DNA of 64,000 bases from an uncultured bacterium (GTDB taxonomy: Bacteria; Patescibacteriota; Minisyncoccia; Phycocordibacterales; GWA1-40-21): NCBI GenBank assembly GCA_963716205.1, contig OY970290.1, positions 239,417-303,416 of the forward strand, read 5' to 3'. A program made the position numbers and the translations under genes. Of this stretch, positions 9,264 through 17,947 are shown piece by piece; the first letter of the stretch is position 1, and each line of letters starts with the position of its first letter. The notes beneath the pieces are model-generated. The model did no database searches, was not told the origin of the DNA, and was given only the letters and a program-made list of their open reading frames with translations.

Positions 9264-9413
9264 GTTTTCATTTTGATCTTCCTGGAATATAGCGAAAGAC
9301 GGGGAATCTTTCCGTAATCAGCAGGTTGCCGATTTCGGCAACTTTCACCGTCTTCGCGGAATGATTGTCTTCTTTCACAATAGGTGGAGGTCGATTTTTA
9401 TTAAAATCAAAAC

Positions 9414-9731
9414 ATGTTTTATATGAGCACGTTTACAAAACCTTTAAAAAAGGGAAACCGGATTCGGATATGCCGGACGCTCGCGCGCTACACACAAGAG
9501 GAATTGTCATACCTCCTGGGCATTCCGACCACCACGCTTTCAAAATGGGAGAACAGGTCGCAGACTCCCTCGATCCATTATGCCATCGGTCTTTCGGTGG
9601 CACTCCACCGCTTGGTGGACGAAATCTTTTCGGATTATCGGAATGAGTGGGTGAAGATAATTAATCAAAGGGCGCAGATTCTTGAAAATAAAAAGTCGAA
9701 AAAAATTACGAACGATAACGATAAACGATAA
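9414..9731 (+). CDS. XRE-family helix-turn-helix transcriptional regulator
   Basis: The segment RTLARYTQEELSYLLGIPTTTLSKWENRSQTPS is a classic HTH_XRE. It is divergent from the integrase. Confidence 0.7.
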   Translation: MFYMSTFTKPLKKGNRIRICRTLARYTQEELSYLLGIPTTTLSKWENRSQTPSIHYAIGLSVALHRLVDEIFSDYRNEWVKIINQRAQILENKKSKKITNDNDKR

Positions 9732-9888
9732 CGAAAACGTTATGAAAAAAATAAACGTTATTGGCGGCGAATGGCGAACAGCATGGCACTGGGGATTTGC
9801 TATTTGAAAAGTAAGAAACCATGTAAAATATCGCTTTGATCCAGAGCATTCTTTCTATTTTACAAGCACTCAAAGGGAGGATATTTCA

Positions 9889-10107
9889 ATGGCAGTCACT
9901 CTCAAAAAAGAAGTCGTGGTTGATGAATGGTGGATGCTTGTCGAAGGAGCGGCAGACAAGGTTGAACAGGTTTTCAAGGATACCGAGGACAATATAAAAA
10001 AATCTAAGGCTCCCGACGTAACCTTTGAGCGGGTATCTATTCAGTCTCTATTGAACCCCCATGGGAACTCGTGGACGTGGGAGAAGATGAATTTCGGAAT
10101 TACATAG
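9889..10107 (+). CDS. hypothetical protein (possibly the N-terminal part of a frameshifted gene continuing at 10071)
   Basis: 72-aa ORF overlapping the next ORF by 37 nt in another frame. Confidence 0.35.
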   Translation: MAVTLKKEVVVDEWWMLVEGAADKVEQVFKDTEDNIKKSKAPDVTFERVSIQSLLNPHGNSWTWEKMNFGIT

Positions 10108-10880
10108 ACAAAATTCCTTTTGGCGGAAATTACCTTATTGAACGGAAAATCCTGGCTTCGCTTGGAGAGGAAAGACGAAAACAAATCACCAGTGAGATTG
10201 AGCAAAAACGAGAACAAAAGAAATTCACCAAGCCGCCGGAAGTCGAACATATTCCCAAACCTGCTGAAGAACCAAAGCAAGAACCGAAATATGAACCTGT
10301 CCGAGAAAAGACGGGAAAGAAAGAACGGGTATCAGACCTGCCTGTCGAGACTAGTCCGGCACAGACGGAAGAAAAAGGCACGTCACGCCATCAATATCTT
10401 CAAAGTCTCATTAAACGTATGGCCGAGGAAAAGGGATACAAAGCGACCGTCGAGGAATCAATTCCCGATGGTCGGGTTGATGTCGGTCTTCTAAAGAATG
10501 GGAAGAAAATTGCCTGTGAGATTTCCGTGACCAATGCCCCCGATAATGAATTAGGAAATATCGAAAAGTGTCTCAAGGCAGGATACGACAAAGTGCTCAT
10601 GTGTGCCCAGGACAAGAAACATTTGGAAAAGATACGGACCTTGGTTATGGAAAAGCTAACCGACTCCGCTCTTGAAAAAGTAATGTTTGTTGAACCCGAA
10701 GAACTTTTCTTTTATCTGGAAGAAGAAGCGGCCAAGGATTCAGGAAAGGAACAACGGGTTAAAGGCTATAAGGTAAAGGTGAATTACCAACCCTTAAACC
10801 AGGACGACAAGAAAAGGAAACGCGAGGCCGTGGCCCAGGTCATCCTCGGAGCTTTCAAAAGGTTGAAGGGGAAGGATTAG
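10071..10880 (+). CDS. hypothetical protein; C-terminal region weakly PD-(D/E)xK-like (GRVDVGLL...ACEIS)
   Basis: 269-aa ORF with a K/E/P-rich linker then a conserved-looking C-terminal domain. No firm assignment. Confidence 0.45.
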   Translation: MDVGEDEFRNYIDKIPFGGNYLIERKILASLGEERRKQITSEIEQKREQKKFTKPPEVEHIPKPAEEPKQEPKYEPVREKTGKKERVSDLPVETSPAQTEEKGTSRHQYLQSLIKRMAEEKGYKATVEESIPDGRVDVGLLKNGKKIACEISVTNAPDNELGNIEKCLKAGYDKVLMCAQDKKHLEKIRTLVMEKLTDSALEKVMFVEPEELFFYLEEEAAKDSGKEQRVKGYKVKVNYQPLNQDDKKRKREAVAQVILGAFKRLKGKD

Positions 10881-10965
10881 GATTTGGCCGTTTAAGACCT
10901 CGGCAGACTTTTTTAAAATAAAGTTGTGTTAAAATGAATTGCATAAAGATTAAAAGAAGAATCCA

Positions 10966-11568
10966 ATGAAAGATATAAAGTCAGAATCCATTTTAGTAAT
11001 GAAAATCGGCTACCATGGAGCCGAAGATATTGACACTATTATTGCGAGAAAAAAAGAAGAAGAAAAAAAATGCGGTCAAACCTATTGGGGTTATGGCGGG
11101 GTATTATGCCACCCAATCCGAGTTGTCCAAAATTTTGCATCGCAAGTCGGAACGAAAAAAATCAAAGTTCTTTTCAGTGTTACCAAATCCCCATTCCAAT
11201 CTGATCCGACGCGAGCAAAATATTTTTCCGAGGACGGAAAAACATGGTCACCATTACATGACAGCGCCAATGTTCTGGCATCAAAATTTGCAATAGTTCT
11301 TCGTTCTCTCAAAGCATGTAAAAAGACAATAGTTCTTAACGATTATTGTGTCCCAATAGGTCCTTCAAAGGGGCGTCCCCTTAACGAATATCTAAGATTT
11401 CGTGTTGATAAAGCGGTCGGAACATTATCGAACAAAAAGAACCTGGGTCCCCTTAAGAGTCTTCCGATCCAGTTTGAGGCTGATTTGGTCCCGCCTTACG
11501 CCATCTTGGTGAGTCACCAGCATCAACCTGAGTCCCATCATCCATCACAAATTTCCCTTCCTTATTGA
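10966..11568 (+). CDS. hypothetical protein
   Basis: 200-aa ORF whose 3' end overlaps the convergent recombinase fusion by 116 nt. Confidence 0.4.
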   Translation: MKDIKSESILVMKIGYHGAEDIDTIIARKKEEEKKCGQTYWGYGGVLCHPIRVVQNFASQVGTKKIKVLFSVTKSPFQSDPTRAKYFSEDGKTWSPLHDSANVLASKFAIVLRSLKACKKTIVLNDYCVPIGPSKGRPLNEYLRFRVDKAVGTLSNKKNLGPLKSLPIQFEADLVPPYAILVSHQHQPESHHPSQISLPY

Positions 11569-13984
11569 TATAAGCTGGAATTTTCCTGTCTTTGCTCCCA
11601 TAGAATTTAGGCATTGCATCATCTTTTATTTTTTGGCCCTCAAAAGGAGCCGGACAATTATAGACACGATCTAAAACAAGATTTGCCGACCGTAAACTAG
11701 GTCGGTCTTCGAGATGATATTGATGAATTTCACGAATCATTTCAGAAACTACATACCCGTGCTTGCATAAAAATTCTTGAATGTTCGCCATTGCTTCTCT
11801 ACTCCAATCTTCCTTATGAGCAAAAGGCAAAATAGCCATTCCCCAACTTGGAGCTGGTTTGCAAAATTCCATGCAACGTCCTAGAAATAGTTTCCCGCAT
11901 TCGCCCTTGTCAACTGATCCATAAGGAGGGTTCGTGTAGAACACTTCATGAGCGCCTTTATATTTTTCAGGGATTGGATCTCGAACATTGTAGCGATGAA
12001 CCGAAATAAGATCGGGAGGAAGGCGCAAGTCGTCGATTACTTGTTCAATAAATGCTAAAAGCCTTTCATCAAAATCGAAAATACGAATTTTGGCCGGTCC
12101 TTTGAAAACATCTCGATTAGCAAGATGCGCAATAACCAAACCCATACAATCGCCATCACCAACAAATGCAACGTCTCTGTATTTCAGATAATCAATTGCT
12201 AAAAGTGCCTGAGTTGCTTGGCTTCCGGGAAGCATAAAGACTTGATCTATTGAACGGATTGGACGTGGTCTATCTGGATGTTGCGTGACCTGTGCAACTA
12301 AATCCACAATAGCCGCATCAGGCCTCACCCCCAGGCTGAGAGCCACGTCTTTTTGCCACAGCCTCAGGTCAAGGCGGCGCTTTCGGATATGGTCCCCAAG
12401 GGTTGTTAGGCTCTTAGGGTAGGCAGGATTTTGTGGTTTTTTGGCCGATAATTGAAAGTTAATGAATGGCAACGCAGGAATGAGGTTGTGTTGCTTTTCA
12501 TTAGTCAATTCAGCGGTCGAGGGAATATAGGCGAGGGATATGGAAATATCATCCGAGCCTATAGTGATCCTATCGGTGATATTCTCGATGATCCGCCGTT
12601 TTTCTTCGAAAACCAGTTCTTTCCATTTGGAATAAAGGTCTTTGGCCTCGGATATGATCTCGTCACTTGAGAGGTATTTGATCTTGAGGAAGTCTATCTC
12701 TCCCTGAAGGTCCGGGAGCTGGGCCTTGACCTTCTCCAAGCGCTCTTCATTTTCCCGGAATTCGGTTCCAAAGGTCTTCACGCTGATCTCGTCGTTGTAA
12801 TAGGCTTTTTTTATCTTGTCCATTTGGCTTTCGATTTTGGCACGCTCTTTCTCAAGCCGCTCTAAGAGTTCCTGCTTTTCCTGAATGACCATATCGGCCC
12901 GTTCAAGGTGCTTGGAAATCTCAACCGGGGAAAAGAAGAAGTTTTTTAATTGTTCATGGAATATGGATTCAAGATCATCCGGGAGTATCTTGTTCCTGCA
13001 TTTGGCACAGGTATATTTCGACGCATTCGGCGGTATGGGCATCTTGCCCCCGCAGTGACAAAAGACGAAGCCGGTGAAAAGATGTGTTGGCCTTTTGGCG
13101 GGTTTCTTACGTTTCGATTCCTGTTCCCTTAAGATAGCGTTGCACTGATCCCACAATTCAGCAGAAACAATGGGCTCTACCTCGACATATTCCCATTCCG
13201 CTTTGGGCTTCATCACCCATGCTTTGCCGTCGCCCAGGCTCTTCGTGTAATTGAGCCGGTGCTTTCCTTTGGCCGTGGGGTCTTGGAGAAGACGGTCAAC
13301 AGTGGTATCGGAAAACTTTGAGCCTTTGCGCGTCCGATATCCCTTGTCATTGAGAATCCGGGCAACAGTTTTCTTGCGGTGATGTTCAAGGAAATATTCA
13401 AAGATGAGTTTTGCAATGGGAACCTCTTTGGGTTCAGGGATGAGTTGTTTGTCTTTCCAGCGATAACCGAAAGGAGCCTGACCGCCAAGGGGTTTGCCGA
13501 GCTTTGCCCGGATGGGGACAGAGGCGGCCACCCGCGAAGCGATTTCTTCCCGTTCCCATTGGGCCATGGCCGCGATCATGGTGTAGAAGAGACGACCAGC
13601 AGGGGTTGAAGTATCGATGGATTCTTGGAGGGAAATTAAATCGGCGTCACTCTCATTGAAGAGGTCGGCGAAATCTAAAAGCTCTCTAGTGTTTCGGGCA
13701 AGGCGAGCAAGTTTCGAGAAGATGAGTCCTGTGATATGGCCGGACTTAATATGCCCAAGCATCTTTTGAGCTTCCGGGTGGGCAATGACTGCTTTGCCGC
13801 TTACTGCCTCTAAGTGATAGACCTCTTTGACATTCCAACCCTTCGACTCTGCATAATACCGCGCCCGTTTCTCATGGTGTTCAGGGCTTTCCCCCCGCGC
13901 CTGATCTTCCGTTGAAACACGAATCCAAATACCGACGTTTTTCTTTCCTTGGTTTTTTTCCACGAGCGCACCTCCACAAATCAA
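11453..13984 (-). CDS. large serine recombinase fused to a C-terminal HTH plus DUF43/BpsA-like SAM-dependent transferase (methyltransferase-like) domain
   Basis: 843 aa with N-terminal IWIRVSTEDQ (catalytic Ser), a recombinase domain, a Cys cluster CHCGG..CAKC, and a coiled coil. After about residue 500 it continues with LGDHIRKRRLDLRLWQKDVALSLGV (HTH-like), VAFVGDGDCMGL (GDGD), and VFYTNPPYG (NPPY). Confidence 0.8.
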   Translation of the reverse strand: MICGGALVEKNQGKKNVGIWIRVSTEDQARGESPEHHEKRARYYAESKGWNVKEVYHLEAVSGKAVIAHPEAQKMLGHIKSGHITGLIFSKLARLARNTRELLDFADLFNESDADLISLQESIDTSTPAGRLFYTMIAAMAQWEREEIASRVAASVPIRAKLGKPLGGQAPFGYRWKDKQLIPEPKEVPIAKLIFEYFLEHHRKKTVARILNDKGYRTRKGSKFSDTTVDRLLQDPTAKGKHRLNYTKSLGDGKAWVMKPKAEWEYVEVEPIVSAELWDQCNAILREQESKRKKPAKRPTHLFTGFVFCHCGGKMPIPPNASKYTCAKCRNKILPDDLESIFHEQLKNFFFSPVEISKHLERADMVIQEKQELLERLEKERAKIESQMDKIKKAYYNDEISVKTFGTEFRENEERLEKVKAQLPDLQGEIDFLKIKYLSSDEIISEAKDLYSKWKELVFEEKRRIIENITDRITIGSDDISISLAYIPSTAELTNEKQHNLIPALPFINFQLSAKKPQNPAYPKSLTTLGDHIRKRRLDLRLWQKDVALSLGVRPDAAIVDLVAQVTQHPDRPRPIRSIDQVFMLPGSQATQALLAIDYLKYRDVAFVGDGDCMGLVIAHLANRDVFKGPAKIRIFDFDERLLAFIEQVIDDLRLPPDLISVHRYNVRDPIPEKYKGAHEVFYTNPPYGSVDKGECGKLFLGRCMEFCKPAPSWGMAILPFAHKEDWSREAMANIQEFLCKHGYVVSEMIREIHQYHLEDRPSLRSANLVLDRVYNCPAPFEGQKIKDDAMPKFYGSKDRKIPAYINKEGKFVMDDGTQVDAGDSPRWRKAGPNQPQTGSEDS

Positions 13985-14038
13985 TCAAACTTTTTGGTGA
14001 ATATGAATAGGATTAAATTGTATACGATTGTATACCTG

Positions 14039-14374
14039 CTAAGCCGTATCCTCAAGATCAAATATAGTATCGGCACTAAACGGTTTCGACGTATTTCCGT
14101 CGATCATCAGTTTGAGATATATGCCATACGCGGGAAGGTTCACGATATCACTTTGCCGGAAGACCGGCCAGAATTCATCAGAGAGCATCTTGGCATCTTC
14201 CGTTCCCACCCTAAACGAGATCATGGTTCCCACATTTCCCAAGATGGCCCTTCGAATATGTTCATCGACTTGATGAAGGTATTGGTTGACGAGGATCAGG
14301 TTCAAGCGGTATTTGCGCGCCTCTGAAAGAATATCTATAAACCCGGAAGTGGTGAAGCTTTGAAACTCGTCCAC
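14039..14374 (-). pseudogene. C-terminal fragment of a VirD4/TraG-type conjugative coupling protein
   Basis: Residues ...YVDEFQSF..EARKYRLNLILVNQYLHQV..AILGNVGTMISFRVGTEDAKMLSDEF match the C-terminal region of T4SS coupling ATPases (ILVNQ). The frame stays open upstream of the annotated Met, but no N-terminal ATPase or TM part is present. Confidence 0.5.
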
Positions 14375-14447
14375 ATAAAGATAGAAGTCCCGTCGTTTTT
14401 CTTCCGGTATCTATCATCCGCTCAAGGGAACATCCGCCGGAAATATC

Positions 14448-14879
14448 GTGGATACGCTCACCCAGTTCATCACCGGGAAAGGCTACAGCGTCCGCGTCGG
14501 CATGACCCCTTCTGAAGATATCTACGGCTATGTCAATGACAAGAAGGAGATCGTGCTCAAGGAGGGCGAGAGTTCCGACCATCAAGCTTTGGTTCTAGCT
14601 CATGAAATGTCGCACGCCCTTCTCGGTCATGTCGGTTCTTTCCAGAATCAAGCGGAGAAGGAACTTGAAGCCGAAACGTCTGCCTGGATCATTTGCCGCA
14701 ATCTCGGATTGCGGACTAATGAAACAAGTTTTGCTTACTTGGCAACATGGGCAAGCGGGCCGGAACAAGAAAAGAAGTTGGAAAAGGCCGCTTCTCGTGC
14801 CTGTCAGGTGGCGCAACTAATTTTGGAAGGTCTGGAAGCAATGAAGCAGATTTCCAGCCAGAAAGGAGAAATGGTATGA
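14448..14879 (+). CDS. HExxH metallopeptidase-like protein (ImmA/IrrE- or ArdC-C-terminal-like)
   Basis: LVLAHEMSHALLGH motif. GTG start. Its stop overlaps the next start (ATGA). Confidence 0.5.
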   Translation: MDTLTQFITGKGYSVRVGMTPSEDIYGYVNDKKEIVLKEGESSDHQALVLAHEMSHALLGHVGSFQNQAEKELEAETSAWIICRNLGLRTNETSFAYLATWASGPEQEKKLEKAASRACQVAQLILEGLEAMKQISSQKGEMV

Positions 14880-15145
14880 AAAAACTCGTCATCATCATCG
14901 ACGATGGAATGGTTGAGGACGTGCTCATCAGTTCCAAGGAACCGATGGACATTATGATCGTGGACTTTGACAAGAAGACCCTCGATCAATCGGCCTTGCA
15001 TGAACTGAGCGAACCGCACAACTTTGAAGACGTGGCCGCATTAGCCGATATCTACAAGTGGGATGCCTTCTACGATCCCAAACGGGTCAAGGAGGTCTTT
15101 GCAACACAAGAGCCGAAACACGCCTTTAATCCCAGCACTTCATAG
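14876..15145 (+). CDS. hypothetical protein
   Basis: 89-aa ORF with an SD (aggag) 9 nt upstream and translational coupling to the upstream gene. A strong terminator follows. Confidence 0.5.
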   Translation: MKKLVIIIDDGMVEDVLISSKEPMDIMIVDFDKKTLDQSALHELSEPHNFEDVAALADIYKWDAFYDPKRVKEVFATQEPKHAFNPSTS

Positions 15146-15164
15146 GAATTCCAATTCCTAGCAA

Positions 15165-15198
15165 AGCCCTATCGACAATCGATAGGGCTTTTTTTTTA
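15165..15198 (+). terminator. rho-independent terminator
   Basis: Hairpin agccctatcga-caa-tcgatagggct followed by ttttttttt. Confidence 0.8.
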
Positions 15199-15294
15199 CT
15201 TATCTCTGATTTTTTATTTTATAGAAATTCTGTTATAGTTAATCCGTAGTTGTGTCCGAGTTGGTTTGAAATCCCAAGTCAAGAAACTCCAAAT

Positions 15295-16317
15295 ATGAAA
15301 AATTATTTTTATTACAAAGATAAAAAAAAAGTCCTACCTGTTTTAGGTGAGGAAAAAAATAAACTGGCAAAAAAGAAACTCGACCACATTCTTAAGACCA
15401 AAAAGGAATTAATACCAGAACACTTTATCGAAAGGTGGTCAGAGGTGGCATTGTATAATCCTGGCGGTGATGTTGAAAAAGCAAATGCCATTTTGATCAA
15501 TCCGGAAGACGGCGCTTACGATCTATCGAACCCACTCAACGACATGACAGGAAAAGAATGGGTAAAGTTCAGTTGCAGTTGGTTTATTTTTAATGCTCTG
15601 CACAAAGACTTAAAGGAAGAGAGAGAAGTATCTCCAAATACTCAGGATCATCCAGCGACATTTTCTCCGACAATGATTGAGGGGTTTGTGAAATTCTTTA
15701 CAAAAAAGGGAGAAAACGTACTCGATCCTTTTTGCGGCATTGGAAGCACTATGGTTGCCTGCAAACGAACCGGAAGAGTCGGCTATGGTATTGAGCTTAA
15801 TAAAAAATATTATGATCTGTCGCTCAAGCGAACTCCGGAATTCAAAAAGACCATATTCAACGAAAATGCGGCCAATATCAAAAAACTGAATCTGCCAAAG
15901 ATTGCTTTTTCGATTTCATCGCCTCCGTACTGGGACATGCTTAACCGAAGTACCAAAGACTTCAAAAAGGATAGAACGAAAGACGGTTTCGATGTTAACT
16001 ATTCCGAAGCCGAAGAGGACTTGGGTAATATTGATAACTACGATCTGTTTTTGGAAAAATTAGCAAATATATATTTTGACATATTTGATCTACTCAAAGC
16101 CGGAGGGTATCTCGTGGTCATTGTGAAGAACCTTAAGAAAGAGGGTAAAATGTATCCATTGGCGTGGGACTTGGCTCGGCTTCTCTCGAAGAAGTATATG
16201 CTCAAAGATGAGAAGCTTTGGATACAAGACAAAGTCGGTCTTGCCCCCTACGGATACCCTTCAGCGTGGGCAAGCAACATACTGCATCATTACTGTTTAG
16301 TTTTTCAAAAGAAATAA
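15295..16317 (+). CDS. DNA methyltransferase (N4-cytosine/N6-adenine family, SPPY motif IV)
   Basis: Motif X/I HPATFSP..VLDPFCGIGST is followed by motif IV SISSPPYW. It overlaps or abuts the next MTase. Confidence 0.8.
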   Translation: MKNYFYYKDKKKVLPVLGEEKNKLAKKKLDHILKTKKELIPEHFIERWSEVALYNPGGDVEKANAILINPEDGAYDLSNPLNDMTGKEWVKFSCSWFIFNALHKDLKEEREVSPNTQDHPATFSPTMIEGFVKFFTKKGENVLDPFCGIGSTMVACKRTGRVGYGIELNKKYYDLSLKRTPEFKKTIFNENAANIKKLNLPKIAFSISSPPYWDMLNRSTKDFKKDRTKDGFDVNYSEAEEDLGNIDNYDLFLEKLANIYFDIFDLLKAGGYLVVIVKNLKKEGKMYPLAWDLARLLSKKYMLKDEKLWIQDKVGLAPYGYPSAWASNILHHYCLVFQKK

Positions 16318-16318
16318 C

Positions 16319-17947
16319 ATGTCTTTAACCATTTCACAAATTGTAAAAAACCTTGTCGATGTAAACGATATCAAACACGATCGGCAGTATTCGCGCGTGG
16401 CGAAACTTCATAAATATTGGTCAAGAAAACCTTGGTTTGTTATCGATCAATACATTGAGAAATATTCCAAAAAGGATCACGTCGTTTTGGACCCGTTTTG
16501 TGGTAGCGGAATTATTGGACTGCAATCAGTTTTAGCCAATAGAAATTTCATCGGTTACGACCTGAATCCTTTCGCTGTCTTTCTCGCAAAGAACTCTTTG
16601 CAGGTCGGTTATGACAACGCCTCTTTTGAAGAGGACTTCTCAGCGATTGAGCGGGCTGTTCGGGAGGAAATAATGCCTCTCTATGCGACCAAAGACAAAT
16701 ATATTCTGTATACCATTCTTGGAAAGAAAAATAGTAAGGACTATAACGCTGTCATCGCTGACAGTAATTTCCACAACAAGCAAAAAGTTAGTCTCTCTCA
16801 AGAATATCTAAATCCAATCATAAAATTTCCTAAGAACTTGAAGTATCCAGACAAGGACTTTCCAGAGAAATTTTATAAAGATCGTTTTTCTTATAAGGGT
16901 GTGAAGCGAGTGTCAGACATGTTCACCAAGAGGAACCTTCTTGCTTTGGCAACACTTCATATGGCTATCAACAAATTGCCTCTAAAAAACAGAGATTTGT
17001 TCATGCTTGCATTTACGAACACCCTATTGCATGTAAGTAAATTAAAAGCAGAAAATGTGCGGCCTCTTGGTGTAAATAACTTTTGGATTCCGGATGATTT
17101 TATTGAAGAGAATGTCTGGTGGAGGTTTGTAGACCGAGTCAATAATGTAAAAATGGCAAAGGAAGTTATTGCAGACAAGGCTTCCCGAAACGAGGTCTCG
17201 AAGCCTGTCTCTAAGATTTATAACAAGTCGTCTTTGAAGATGATTGAAATTAAGCCGGGTAGTGTTGACTATTTGATTACCGATCCTCCATACGGCGACA
17301 CCATCCAATACTCAGAGCTTTCATACATCTGGAATTGCTGGCTTGAGAAAGAGTTTGAGATTGAGAATGAAGTCATTATAAACCCTGTGCAAAAAAAGGG
17401 AGTGAACGAATACTACGATCAGCTCGCTACTTTTATCCGCGAAGCGAAAAGGGTTCTCAAAAAAGACGCTTACTTTACACTTGCATTCCACAACAAGGAT
17501 TTGAAAATTTGGATTAGCCTTGCCGAATTAATAAGAGATCATGGAATGGAATTGGTAGACATCTCTTCCTACGACACCTTCGGCAGTCCTTACAATAAAA
17601 ATTGGGCAAAATTTTCGCCCAAATCTGACTTCTATGTGACCTTTATAAATTCGAAAAATAAAGCAAGGGTTAAAAATAAAAAAGTTATCTATCCCAATGA
17701 TATTGCAGATGAGATCGTCAAATGCCTTGGCAAAAACAATGGCAAACTTTTTAATCTGAATAAGGCGTATGATCTGTTCGTAAGCGTAGTTATAAGTAAA
17801 ATATTTGATGGGTCGCAAGTCATTGAACACGAACGACTAAGTATTGAGAACATTATGAATCTTTTTCAGAACGTTCCACGAGATGAGAAGCATGGTAAGA
17901 AAAAGGAAACTGTTCAGATAAGTTTATTTGAACTACAACATGTTTAA
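16319..17947 (+). CDS. DNA methyltransferase (N6-adenine type, DPPY motif IV)
   Basis: N-terminal HKYWSRKP..VLDPFCGSGIIG (motif X/I) and LITDPPYGD (motif IV). 542 aa. Confidence 0.8.
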   Translation: MSLTISQIVKNLVDVNDIKHDRQYSRVAKLHKYWSRKPWFVIDQYIEKYSKKDHVVLDPFCGSGIIGLQSVLANRNFIGYDLNPFAVFLAKNSLQVGYDNASFEEDFSAIERAVREEIMPLYATKDKYILYTILGKKNSKDYNAVIADSNFHNKQKVSLSQEYLNPIIKFPKNLKYPDKDFPEKFYKDRFSYKGVKRVSDMFTKRNLLALATLHMAINKLPLKNRDLFMLAFTNTLLHVSKLKAENVRPLGVNNFWIPDDFIEENVWWRFVDRVNNVKMAKEVIADKASRNEVSKPVSKIYNKSSLKMIEIKPGSVDYLITDPPYGDTIQYSELSYIWNCWLEKEFEIENEVIINPVQKKGVNEYYDQLATFIREAKRVLKKDAYFTLAFHNKDLKIWISLAELIRDHGMELVDISSYDTFGSPYNKNWAKFSPKSDFYVTFINSKNKARVKNKKVIYPNDIADEIVKCLGKNNGKLFNLNKAYDLFVSVVISKIFDGSQVIEHERLSIENIMNLFQNVPRDEKHGKKKETVQISLFELQHV

